Both the position numbers and the translations under genes were made by a program. DNA of 64,000 nt from a virus: positions 1 through 64,000 of IMG/VR virus record IMGVR_UViG_3300037245_000806; one strand, given 5' to 3'. The notes below the pieces were generated by a model. It was given only the letters and a program-made list of their open reading frames with translations. It was not told where the DNA came from and did no database searches. Numbering within the stretch: the first letter of the stretch is position 1; each line of letters opens with the position of its first letter. This document shows, one piece after another, positions 18,726 to 27,619 of this stretch.

Positions 18726-19295
18726 TTAAGGCGCAGGTGCCAACGTGATCGTATGGTCAAACTGAAGCGCCAACGCAGACGTCTTCGTGTGCGGCGTGTA
18801 CGTAGTACGGGCAATCAGCTTACCGCTGTTGCTGAAGAGCCCCTCCTCAGTGAAGATCACGCCATCCTTCTCGGGCTGCGGAATGAGCCCGCTGAAACGA
18901 ACTTGGCCGGTGCTCGGATACGTCACGGTCAAGAGCGAATCGCCTTCACCAACCTCCGCGTGGAAGTCCCACTCCGTCACGCCCTCCAAGGCCGAGTCGC
19001 CAGAAACCGGTGCGGAGGGGGAAACCTCAGCCGTAACGAGCATCTGCACAACAGCGAGGTCGCGGACAGTTGCTTCGTCAACCGCTGAGCCGCCAACAGT
19101 CGGATTCCCGCGCCCGCCCCCGAGGAGCGCCGCGAGTGTGTCGAGCCCGATGTTCACCACGAGATTGTCAGAGCGGAAGACCGGCATGGCGAGCCCGTTC
19201 ACAATGGCCACAGCAAGCTCAGCCGGGGAAAGGAGCCGGTTAAGCTTGAGTGCAGTCACGCGTAGCACGCCGGTCGCCCTGAGGTCGTCACGCAC
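18726..19295 (-). CDS. baseplate / tail-fibre attachment protein
   Basis: NLVVNIG...FTEEGLF...LIARTT...KT motif. Confidence 0.7.
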   Translation of the reverse strand: MRDDLRATGVLRVTALKLNRLLSPAELAVAIVNGLAMPVFRSDNLVVNIGLDTLAALLGGGRGNPTVGGSAVDEATVRDLAVVQMLVTAEVSPSAPVSGDSALEGVTEWDFHAEVGEGDSLLTVTYPSTGQVRFSGLIPQPEKDGVIFTEEGLFSNSGKLIARTTYTPHTKTSALALQFDHTITLAPAP

Positions 19296-19307
19296 GCTTG
19301 TCTCCTC

Positions 19308-20708
19308 TTAAACGTCAGTGAGGACGATTGTATCCCCAACTGCTACTTCTTCGCCAGTACCAAATCCGTTTCCGACCTCAAGATCGGTCGCAAAGAAGCG
19401 GATGTCCACCTGTGCGGGGAGCACGTCCTCGCCAAGCTGTGCGGCAATGAACTGCTTGAAACGCGCCAACTCAGCCGCAGGGGTCAGCATGCTGATTGGC
19501 TGCCCGCCTGTTTGATTGATGTGCAACGCGATACGGCTGCTCGGAACGTAGTAGTTGTAAATACGCAGCGCGGCACACGCACTATTGAGCCGCCCCATGG
19601 TGAGCAGTAACTCAGGGTCGCCCTCAGGTGCCAGAGGCTTCGCGTCCAGCACCAAGGCGGAAGCGTCTATCGCAGCGACAAGATTATCACGCGTCTCGAA
19701 AGCATCAGCGCCTATCGGTACGGTCACGTCGCCGCCACTCCCGAAGCCGAATGTCACCTGCGTGATGTAGTCATCGACTGTCACCGTCTCGCCGTCGAAT
19801 GGCTGCGCAGCGCCCACGAACTGAAGCCCAATGTGTGGTGCGCGATTACGCGAGCCATGAATCACTTCGATCCAATCGATGCCCTTCTCGCCTGTCAGGT
19901 CATCCTTGTAATTGGCGGGGTTGTCAGGATTCACCCATATCTCAAGGGGGTACCCAGAGTACCCAAGGCTTCGCAGCCGGATGGAGACTGCACGAGCAAG
20001 CCCCTTCTGCTTGAACGTGGGGATTGCGTCACCCACCGTGCGGCGCTGCACTTCCTCAGGCTCAGCCGCGTTGGTCTTGAGTCCGAAGTTCTGTCCGAGC
20101 AACGGCAGCAAGTCCAGCGGGCACAGGTTGGGGTCGATGAACTCGGTCAATGCACGAGCGTCAACCATCCACTCTGTCATCGTCGCGCCCATCAAGCGTG
20201 CGTAGTAATCATAGATGCCGTCTGGATCGAGTGCCGTGAAAGCGGCCTGACCTGCGACGGCACGCTCGGGCCACGTCTTGTACGCCTTCCACACACCGTC
20301 ACGCCAGCGCTGGAAGCCTAGTTCAGTCGGAGCCCCCACGTCATCGAGAGCCACGTGCCAGACCACCTCGAATAGGTAAGGCTCGCGGAATACGTAGACA
20401 ACCGCTGCTTCGTGGAGGGTCTTCGTACCAATGCTGCCCGGCTTCGCGCCCTGATCGTACAGGGGGTCGCCAGCAGTTCCCGCGAAGCTTGGAGACATGA
20501 CGAAATGGCCGTCGATGGGAACGTTGGCTGCGGCAATTGACGTAAGGTTGAGCACGGACATTGAGTTCACAAGGAGGGGCGTACTCGGCCTATAGCCAAT
20601 AGCCTCCTTGCGGTCCTCGGGCGTGTACCGGTTCGCACGCAGCACATGGATCGTGCCTGTGAGGGCCGGATTGATATCGATGGAACCAGACAGGGTGTAG
20701 GTAGCCAC
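19308..20708 (-). CDS. baseplate wedge protein (P2 gpI-like core)
   Basis: IDPNLCPLDLLPLLGQNFG...FKQKG...LRSLGY. Confidence 0.75.
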   Translation of the reverse strand: MATYTLSGSIDINPALTGTIHVLRANRYTPEDRKEAIGYRPSTPLLVNSMSVLNLTSIAAANVPIDGHFVMSPSFAGTAGDPLYDQGAKPGSIGTKTLHEAAVVYVFREPYLFEVVWHVALDDVGAPTELGFQRWRDGVWKAYKTWPERAVAGQAAFTALDPDGIYDYYARLMGATMTEWMVDARALTEFIDPNLCPLDLLPLLGQNFGLKTNAAEPEEVQRRTVGDAIPTFKQKGLARAVSIRLRSLGYSGYPLEIWVNPDNPANYKDDLTGEKGIDWIEVIHGSRNRAPHIGLQFVGAAQPFDGETVTVDDYITQVTFGFGSGGDVTVPIGADAFETRDNLVAAIDASALVLDAKPLAPEGDPELLLTMGRLNSACAALRIYNYYVPSSRIALHINQTGGQPISMLTPAAELARFKQFIAAQLGEDVLPAQVDIRFFATDLEVGNGFGTGEEVAVGDTIVLTDV

Positions 20709-20723
20709 GTGACCCCCTAGAGC

Positions 20724-20740
20724 CTTAACACAGTGTTAAG
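20724..20740. promoter_or_regulatory. palindromic operator-like site 6 (CTTAACACAGTGTTAAG)
   Basis: 17-bp dyad in a 34-bp gap. Confidence 0.75.
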
Positions 20741-20742
20741 CC

Positions 20743-21144
20743 TCAGACGAACCGTACCGCCAAGTCGTCAAGCTCCAATTGATCGCCAGATGCGAGCGTG
20801 ATAGCGCCTGAAAGCTCCCACCACGCGAGGACGTTGCCACTGCCGTCCACAATGTAAGCGCCGCGCACGTTCTCTATTGAGCCACCACCGGCAGTCCACA
20901 CTTGATCGACAAGCGTCACCTTCGAGTTTGTCGCCGCGTAGGTCCAGTTGGCCTCTGTGATCGCGTGGCCACCCGCCGTGTACCCGTTGCCTGTCGGGAC
21001 TTCGTTGAAGCCGCTGCCATCCTTGGCCGGGGTGCTGTCGCCTTTGAAGAGCCGTATAGCCTCCGCAATGCGTGCGATACTGCCGAGGCTCGTGGGGCTC
21101 TTCAGCGTGGCCTCTTCACCCTTGTACGTCAGCGAGTTTGCCAT
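20743..21144 (-). CDS. small virion structural protein
   Basis: E...GNGYTAGG...WTAGGGSI..AYI motif; baseplate context. Confidence 0.65.
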   Translation of the reverse strand: MANSLTYKGEEATLKSPTSLGSIARIAEAIRLFKGDSTPAKDGSGFNEVPTGNGYTAGGHAITEANWTYAATNSKVTLVDQVWTAGGGSIENVRGAYIVDGSGNVLAWWELSGAITLASGDQLELDDLAVRFV

Positions 21145-21154
21145 CTGCGTCTCC

Positions 21155-23566
21155 TTACACGGTGATAGGTGTGAGGCTCAGCATCAGACGCCGCAAGTTG
21201 ATCGCCTGCACCAGCGACGAGGACGGAATGCCCGAGTCGTAGTATATCTCGTTGTTGTACAGATACGTCTCGTCATAGTACCTGCGCGTCCCGCCAACAG
21301 ACGGAATGTCAATGTCTTGAATGGGCTCGTATGGCGCAACACCACCGTCGCGGAAGAAGTCACCGCCAGTGCCGCCACCGCTCATACCAGCAACGGTGAT
21401 GGACGCGCCGGTCGTCGTCGTGTCCACGTTCCCGACCGAGCCGTCAGTGTTGTTCACGAGGTCAAGTGTCGGGTCGGTAGCTGCGCCATTCACCGTCGCA
21501 GTGATATTCAGGTTGGCCTCAATGGCCGTCTTCAGGGTGGCGAGAGTGGTGTCAGCGTCACCGCCAATAAGAACAGCTATGTTACCCGGAGTCACCCCAC
21601 CGCCATCGTCAAACTCGAATGTCTCAGCATTGACGCCGTCGCCTATCGCGATGGTCTCGCCGTCAGCAGGATTCGTGTCACCATCGAAGACAATGGTCCC
21701 TGACGCGGGCGATGATGGATCGTAAGGGCCTACTGGCCAGTGGTCATCCGAAGGGTCTTGGTCACGGCGGTAATCGATGATCTCAGCTTCAGCCGTGTCA
21801 AGCCCACCGGTCATACCGGTCACTGCCAGCACAGCGCCGGTCTTGAAAATCGCCTTATTCCCGTCAACGCCCGGCGTGTTGTTCAAGAGGTCCAGCGTCG
21901 GGTCAACGGCTGTAGTGTCGATAACAGCCACGACGTTCAGGTAACTGTTGATCGCGATGCGCAGGTTGTCCAGCGTGTCTGCCGCAGTGCCCAGCAAGGG
22001 CACAGCGATATTCCCCGGAATCACACCACCACCATCGTCAAACTCGAAGGTCTTTGCGCCGTTGCCGTCGTCAATGGTAACCGTGTCGCCATTTGCCGGA
22101 TTCACGTCGCCGCTGAAGGTGACGGTACCCGTGGCCGACGCGATGATGAGGTGCTCGAAGACCACACGATCAATATAGAAATAGGAGACCCCGACAGCGT
22201 CACGCACAGCGTTGTACAGTTCCGCGATGCGAATGGTGAACCCGGTGCTCCCCTCGAAGACCGCGATAACGGCTGCGGTGATATTGGCATGCACTTCTGC
22301 CTCAGTGTAGCGTGAGTCGTACCGAACACTGCCCAAGTACACGTCAACAAACGCCATGTCGGGGCGCTCAATCGACGTGAGCGCGCTCGTCATCGTGCGG
22401 GGTGAGATGTATTCCTGAACCTCGCGGATTCGACCGGCGGGCATTGTCGCGTATCGATTGTAAGGCAGCGTGGTCGAGACCGTGTCGTCTTCAGTCTCGG
22501 AGGTGAACTCAAATTCCTCCTCTTCCCACACGTGCAACCGCACGACGTTCGCCGTATACGAAGCGAGCAAGACGTCCGCGTAAGCTAGGACGATGTCAGG
22601 GATGCGTAGCGCCGTTGTCTCGAAGTCCAACAGGCTGAGCGCCTTGTCAACCGTGCGGATGTACGCCGGGATGTTGACGCGAAGATCGTCGAGTGTTTCG
22701 CGGTCTGCGCCGCCCGAAGCGGTACCCGTGGAGTTCGCATAGGTGACGCCAACCGTGCCGAGACCGCCGCCAATGTCAACCTTGATGGAGCCACTGACTG
22801 CGAGGAGGGGCAGGTCACCCGCTTTCCCGCGCGTGGTCTGGTATTCGAGCGTGATCGTGTCCGCAGGTATTGACCCGGCAGCACCGTCACCGAAGACGAT
22901 GTGCAACTTACCGTCGCCGTCGAAATAGACCTCGTATGTTTCGGTCGGGGCGACTTCAAAGGCGACTTTGTCAACCTGCACCCACTCGTTATCGGGGTTG
23001 CCCGCATCGCCCACGAATACGTGCCACGTGCCGTCCGCGACAACACCACTCGCCGAAGCAACCTCCTGACGGGGCTGACTTGAAGGATCGAAGGTCTCCA
23101 CGTAGCTGGTGACTTCCACCAGCGGAAGGGTCGAGTTGGTGTCACCCGACACGATTGTCACGTCTTCCTGAAGCTCGTACCGCAGGTCACCTATCTCGAT
23201 GGCGGAACCGGCGGGCACCGTGCCGCCGTTCGTTTGAAGGCTTGAGGGCAGGGGGTCGGCTATGACGAGCACACTCGATGGTGTCGCCGACCGTGGAACG
23301 TAGCCCACTGCGCGAGCGAAGCGGATTGCGGATTCGTATCGACGCATGGTGGAGAGGAAGAACTCACCCGCCCCGGCGTCCAAGCCGTATGTTATCATGT
23401 CGCCGATGAAGGCATTCAACTCAATCAGCATCTTGCCGAGGTTGCTCTCGAAGAAGTCGGACCACTCGCTGGGGCGCGTGGCCTTCACGAGAGCCTCTAG
23501 CTCAGAGCCTATCGTTGTGAGGTCTCTGGCCGTGAAGCTCAATTGAGGCGCTACTGTTACTGGCAT
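21155..23566 (-). CDS. baseplate wedge protein (T4 gp6 / gpJ-like) with two inserted domains
   Basis: WSDFFESNLGKMLIEL, GYVP, FGDG..G.IP, ASGGADRETLDDLR. Confidence 0.9.
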   Translation of the reverse strand: MPVTVAPQLSFTARDLTTIGSELEALVKATRPSEWSDFFESNLGKMLIELNAFIGDMITYGLDAGAGEFFLSTMRRYESAIRFARAVGYVPRSATPSSVLVIADPLPSSLQTNGGTVPAGSAIEIGDLRYELQEDVTIVSGDTNSTLPLVEVTSYVETFDPSSQPRQEVASASGVVADGTWHVFVGDAGNPDNEWVQVDKVAFEVAPTETYEVYFDGDGKLHIVFGDGAAGSIPADTITLEYQTTRGKAGDLPLLAVSGSIKVDIGGGLGTVGVTYANSTGTASGGADRETLDDLRVNIPAYIRTVDKALSLLDFETTALRIPDIVLAYADVLLASYTANVVRLHVWEEEEFEFTSETEDDTVSTTLPYNRYATMPAGRIREVQEYISPRTMTSALTSIERPDMAFVDVYLGSVRYDSRYTEAEVHANITAAVIAVFEGSTGFTIRIAELYNAVRDAVGVSYFYIDRVVFEHLIIASATGTVTFSGDVNPANGDTVTIDDGNGAKTFEFDDGGGVIPGNIAVPLLGTAADTLDNLRIAINSYLNVVAVIDTTAVDPTLDLLNNTPGVDGNKAIFKTGAVLAVTGMTGGLDTAEAEIIDYRRDQDPSDDHWPVGPYDPSSPASGTIVFDGDTNPADGETIAIGDGVNAETFEFDDGGGVTPGNIAVLIGGDADTTLATLKTAIEANLNITATVNGAATDPTLDLVNNTDGSVGNVDTTTTGASITVAGMSGGGTGGDFFRDGGVAPYEPIQDIDIPSVGGTRRYYDETYLYNNEIYYDSGIPSSSLVQAINLRRLMLSLTPITV

Positions 23567-23569
23567 GAC

Positions 23570-23986
23570 TTACTCCCCACTGAGCAACCGAACCTCAGGA
23601 CGATTGTTTACTCGCACAAGGCGAGTCTCGGCTGTTGCATCGCCCGTCAGGTGGAATGTAATACGTAGCTGCAAAACCTTCTCCACTGTCTGGACGATCA
23701 CGCTCTGTACAACCACGTGCGGTACCCAAACTTTTGCGGTGTCAATGATGATGCTTTCCACGAGCGGCTGCTGGCCCTTAGGGTCGGGCTCAAAGAGCAC
23801 CTTGCTGAGCGCGCTGCCAAAGTTACGCTTGCCCGGACGCGAGCCGATTGGCGTGAAGATAGCCAAAAGAAGATCGCCCCACGCGGTGTCATGGGCGCTC
23901 TTAGACGCGAAGTACCCGCCGACCGTGCGGATCGCGGGCAATGCGAGTCCTCTGCGTAACCTCTGTCCTGTGGTCGCGTTCGCCAT
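23570..23986 (-). CDS. baseplate protein, gp25/gpW-like
   Basis: TPIGSRPGKRNFGSAL..LFEP...WVPHV. Confidence 0.85.
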   Translation of the reverse strand: MANATTGQRLRRGLALPAIRTVGGYFASKSAHDTAWGDLLLAIFTPIGSRPGKRNFGSALSKVLFEPDPKGQQPLVESIIIDTAKVWVPHVVVQSVIVQTVEKVLQLRITFHLTGDATAETRLVRVNNRPEVRLLSGE

Positions 23987-23992
23987 GTAGCT

Positions 23993-24020
23993 ATCCTACT
24001 CACTCGTAACACAATGTCAA
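23993..24020 (-). promoter_or_regulatory. sigma70-like promoter with operator site 7 (24007-24019)
   Basis: TTGACA-16-TAGGAT; ATG follows after 6 nt. Confidence 0.6.
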
Positions 24021-24021
24021 C

Positions 24022-24561
24022 TCATGAGAGCACGTGAACGTGTGCCGGACCGAACCCTGTCGCCGTTGCCGCGTTCGCCGTCAGATGATCCATGAGCGCC
24101 GTGGCGAATGCGTCCACAAACGGGTCTATCGCTGGCCCGTTCATGGACACCGCCCCTATGATCGCTGACTTCAACCCTGAACCGCTTCCGAACGTGAGCC
24201 CGTGTGCATGTGGCGCGATGCCGTCCTGCACGTCCATCACCGTCGAAGATATCAGATACGATGAAACTGAACCCGCTATGTCGGTTGCAAACTGTGTCGC
24301 CGCACCCGCGTACCCCAAACCCGCCACCGGAGCCGACATCAACGCCGCGACAAGCGTAGTTAGCACGTGAGTATGAGGATACGCTGGTGGCGGCGGGGGA
24401 CCACCGAGGCCCGGTGCCATCACGCCCGCAGCCCACATGGACGCAAAGCCCTGACAGAGGGCGTCGATGTACGCGTAATTCGCTTGGCCCGACAGCCATT
24501 TCCAATCCCCCGGAAAGAGTACAATGGTCTCATCACGCAGGCCTGACGCGCTCACACCCAT
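24022..24561 (-). CDS. putative spike-tip protein, three repeats each ending in HxH
   Basis: PHTHVL, PHAHGL, AHVHVL; immediately after spike gene. Confidence 0.55.
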   Translation of the reverse strand: MGVSASGLRDETIVLFPGDWKWLSGQANYAYIDALCQGFASMWAAGVMAPGLGGPPPPPAYPHTHVLTTLVAALMSAPVAGLGYAGAATQFATDIAGSVSSYLISSTVMDVQDGIAPHAHGLTFGSGSGLKSAIIGAVSMNGPAIDPFVDAFATALMDHLTANAATATGFGPAHVHVLS

Positions 24562-24563
24562 GG

Positions 24564-25268
24564 CTATACCTTCAAATTCTCAGCGCCGCTGAAGGGCGAC
24601 CCTGCAAAGAGGCAGACAGGTATGATCTCATCCGTTAGCACCTTGCCTGAACCCCCGCCAACAACACACTTCGGGTCAATGCTCACCTGACTCGCTGCTT
24701 CAATCTTGACCGCGCCGCCTGACTTCACCGTGGCGTCACCGACTGCCTCCACGGTCGCAGTCCCACCAGCCTTCACGAGCGCATTGCCTTCAGCTTCTAT
24801 CGTAGCCGGGCCACTCACGACCACTTTGAAGCTATTGTCCTCCTGTGAGATGACCAACTCGGCGTCACCAGACTTGATTCTTACGTGAAGCTCGCCTTCC
24901 TTCTCAGACACTTCAATCAGGTTGCCAGCCCGGTCCTTCTTGACCCAGCGCCTGCGGTCTTCAGTGTAATCCTCAGTCTGCTCACTCGGGAGGTCTGACT
25001 TGCCCTTTGGGGCAGCAATCCATCCGCCGACCAGCACCGGCAACTCGCGGTCGCCGCCCTCGAAGTCCACCCACACAAGGTCATCGATCTCGTAGTGCGG
25101 TACATCTCCCCAGCCTCGCCCGGCATGCGTTAGCATCTCAGCCCACGGAAGATGCGCCACAGGTATTGCCTCGTCATGCAGCCGAAGAATACGAACACGG
25201 TAACGTGCCCGCTCTTGGCTGTCGTCCACGGCAACGATAATGGCGCGTTCCAAGCCAACCATGGACAT
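24564..25268 (-). CDS. baseplate central spike (gp5/gpV-like OB-fold plus beta-helix)
   Basis: RYRVRI..LPWA...P...D.VWVDFEGGDRELPVLVG; beta repeats; no lysozyme domain. Confidence 0.85.
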   Translation of the reverse strand: MSMVGLERAIIVAVDDSQERARYRVRILRLHDEAIPVAHLPWAEMLTHAGRGWGDVPHYEIDDLVWVDFEGGDRELPVLVGGWIAAPKGKSDLPSEQTEDYTEDRRRWVKKDRAGNLIEVSEKEGELHVRIKSGDAELVISQEDNSFKVVVSGPATIEAEGNALVKAGGTATVEAVGDATVKSGGAVKIEAASQVSIDPKCVVGGGSGKVLTDEIIPVCLFAGSPFSGAENLKV

Positions 25269-26611
25269 CAGGCACCCCCACGTTGTCGAGTAATTTCGCT
25301 TGACGACGGGATATTGCTTGTACGTATGGTCTTGTTGACAGTTGATCTGGTGGGGGCACGCTGACTCGCGGCTTTATCGGCCTGCGTCTCAGGCTCCTCA
25401 GTCGTCGCGTCTTTCTTGCCAGCGATGCTGCGCTCGCTCTCGTTACGTAGCGCCTTCGGTCCGCTCTGCCGGGTGCCCTCGCGGGTAAGCTCCATTGTGG
25501 TCTTCCAGCCGCCTGAGTCCACTGAATGCGTGATCTCGTACACCTTGAATGTGCCGGAAAGATAGTGAATCTTCCCATCGCTGTTGTAGTAGTTCACGGT
25601 CACATAGTCCATGGGGCTGACTGCGTGCGTGCCGACGACCTCAAGCGTTGCCTTGTACGATTCACGCCGCAGGCGTTGCAGCCGGTACGCTGCCTTCTGT
25701 ACCAACTCCTCCTGATCGCGAGCGTAAATGGGCACCCACGCTTTCATGTCGCCGAGCTGCTCAGAGGTGTATCCCGCATCGGGATACGTTATCTTCTTCG
25801 CGCCGTCCAAGCCGCCAGTGTCGGTACCCTCGGTCTTGATGCTGGTGCCTTCAGCCGAATCGATGCCGACGAACTTCGAGTTGCCTGCGCCGAGCAACCG
25901 CTGCACGAGCGACTCGTCTGAAGGGGCGAAACTGATTACGTTGCCCATCGAGTTGCGCGCGAAGTTATAGACAACGCCAACGTGGTTCAAGAAGCTGTCG
26001 CTATGGAAGTGCGCCTTGTTCTCAGCGTCTATGAAAAAGACAAAGCTCTGCTTGTCAACATTTGCTGTCTTCGGGAGTAGTATCTTCCGTATGAAGGAGA
26101 CATCACTTTCGCCGGTCTGCTGCATCTCGGGGAGCACGCCAACACTGTCTTCAACGACTTCAGCCGTGTCCCAATCACGTTTATCGGCAATGTCATTGAA
26201 TATCTCAGTCGCGGTCATTCCGGCTGGCCACGAACGATTCCGCTTGTCGAGCACCTGCTGTACGACCTTCTCAGCTGCAAGCTCAAGCTGAAGCTCAACA
26301 CCTTGCGCTGTGAACGTCGGGCTATACTTCACCAGCAGGAACGTGAACGAGCGGGAAGTGCTGCGATGATCGTCCCACTTCCACGAGAGCTTGATGAGCT
26401 TGGCCATACCCTGAACAATCAGGAGCTTCTCAAGGTACTCGCCAGCATGATCGAATAGCGAGAGTGTCGCCTGCGGTACGTCCTCATTGGAGAAGCGCAC
26501 CTCAAACGATTGAAGGTAGTCTTGTGTTGGCACTTCGATGACTTCGCCGGTTGCCGACTCGAAGAGGAGCCGAATTGCCATCGATGCCAGAGACCCGTAA
26601 GGGCTAGACAT
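25268..26611 (-). CDS. baseplate hub (gp27/gpD-like)
   Basis: QTGESDVSFIRK, ATLEVVG, LSGTFKVYEITHSV...WKTTMEL. Confidence 0.8.
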   Translation of the reverse strand: MSSPYGSLASMAIRLLFESATGEVIEVPTQDYLQSFEVRFSNEDVPQATLSLFDHAGEYLEKLLIVQGMAKLIKLSWKWDDHRSTSRSFTFLLVKYSPTFTAQGVELQLELAAEKVVQQVLDKRNRSWPAGMTATEIFNDIADKRDWDTAEVVEDSVGVLPEMQQTGESDVSFIRKILLPKTANVDKQSFVFFIDAENKAHFHSDSFLNHVGVVYNFARNSMGNVISFAPSDESLVQRLLGAGNSKFVGIDSAEGTSIKTEGTDTGGLDGAKKITYPDAGYTSEQLGDMKAWVPIYARDQEELVQKAAYRLQRLRRESYKATLEVVGTHAVSPMDYVTVNYYNSDGKIHYLSGTFKVYEITHSVDSGGWKTTMELTREGTRQSGPKALRNESERSIAGKKDATTEEPETQADKAASQRAPTRSTVNKTIRTSNIPSSSEITRQRGGA

Positions 26612-26942
26612 TCGGAACCCTCGCAATATACTCTAGCACAGCCTCGCGAGGCGGTATGAGGATCACTTGACCGCCGCGCATCTCCATCTCAGAGTCAAGG
26701 ATGCCATTGACAAGCGCAATCACCCACCAGAGTTCTTCGTACCCCGGCCCGAAATACTTCACGGCGAGCGCGTCGAGTGCTCCGATCTCGAAGTCACTGA
26801 CGCGATGCTCCCGGTAACCAATGCGGTCCTCAGTGAACTCTATCGGGGCCTCGAAGAGCGCGAATTCCGGGGTACCGAGCACAGACTCGTAGACTGCGGT
26901 GTCCTTGTACCTGCTCAGTTCCGACATGGAGAACGTGGCCAT
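26604..26942 (-). CDS. baseplate LysM-like protein (gp53/gpX-like)
   Basis: LDALAVKYFG...LWWVIALVNGI...GQVILIP. Confidence 0.8.
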   Translation of the reverse strand: MATFSMSELSRYKDTAVYESVLGTPEFALFEAPIEFTEDRIGYREHRVSDFEIGALDALAVKYFGPGYEELWWVIALVNGILDSEMEMRGGQVILIPPREAVLEYIARVPNV

Positions 26943-27619
26943 TACCTTCTCATTCCATACGAGTAGTTGTCAATCCGCTCCCGAACAGCCTCGAACGTAC
27001 ACGCCACGTCTGCTGCGTGGGCCAGAAGCGTCTCAGGATCAAAGGGCGGTTGCCATGTTATCTGCACGTCCGTCGCGAGGACGCGGCCCTCAAAGAGACG
27101 CCCCAACGTGAGCATGCATGGGGGAGGAGCGTGCGAAATACCATCAGACCCGGCCCAAGGTTGCTTCAAGGCGTCCAGCCAAAGCGCCGGATGAAAGACC
27201 TCATTCTCCAATACAGCGATTAGCGCCTCACGTTCCGGGTCGTTCACGGGCCTGTCACGTGCGGCGAGCCGGTCAAAACGCTCCCAACGTTTCTCGCGTT
27301 CCGCAGTAAGGCTTAGGCCCTGCGCATGGAACTTGAACACGAGGGAGAACGTGCGATTCCCTGTTCCGGTGTAACTCTTGTACGCCTCAGCACGACCGAT
27401 CACATCGAAGTCAGCGTAGTTCACTGCGCCGCCCTCTTCAAGACCACCTTCGAGGTCCAGCGACAGGAAGGACAGTTTTGTGGGGGCGACGTATGGCTTA
27501 CTCGATATGCTCCCTGAAAAGGCACCAAAGCCCAAGTCCTTGTTAAGCTCGTACCACGTCGGGTCGATACGCAAGGAAATGAGCTTGTCCATCTCGGGAA
27601 TGCTTCTGCGCTCACCCAT
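26942..27619 (-). CDS. tail tube initiator-like protein
   Basis: IGRAE...YTGTGNRTFSLVFKF...PPPCMLTLG; follows tape measure. Confidence 0.65.
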   Translation of the reverse strand: MGERRSIPEMDKLISLRIDPTWYELNKDLGFGAFSGSISSKPYVAPTKLSFLSLDLEGGLEEGGAVNYADFDVIGRAEAYKSYTGTGNRTFSLVFKFHAQGLSLTAEREKRWERFDRLAARDRPVNDPEREALIAVLENEVFHPALWLDALKQPWAGSDGISHAPPPCMLTLGRLFEGRVLATDVQITWQPPFDPETLLAHAADVACTFEAVRERIDNYSYGMRR

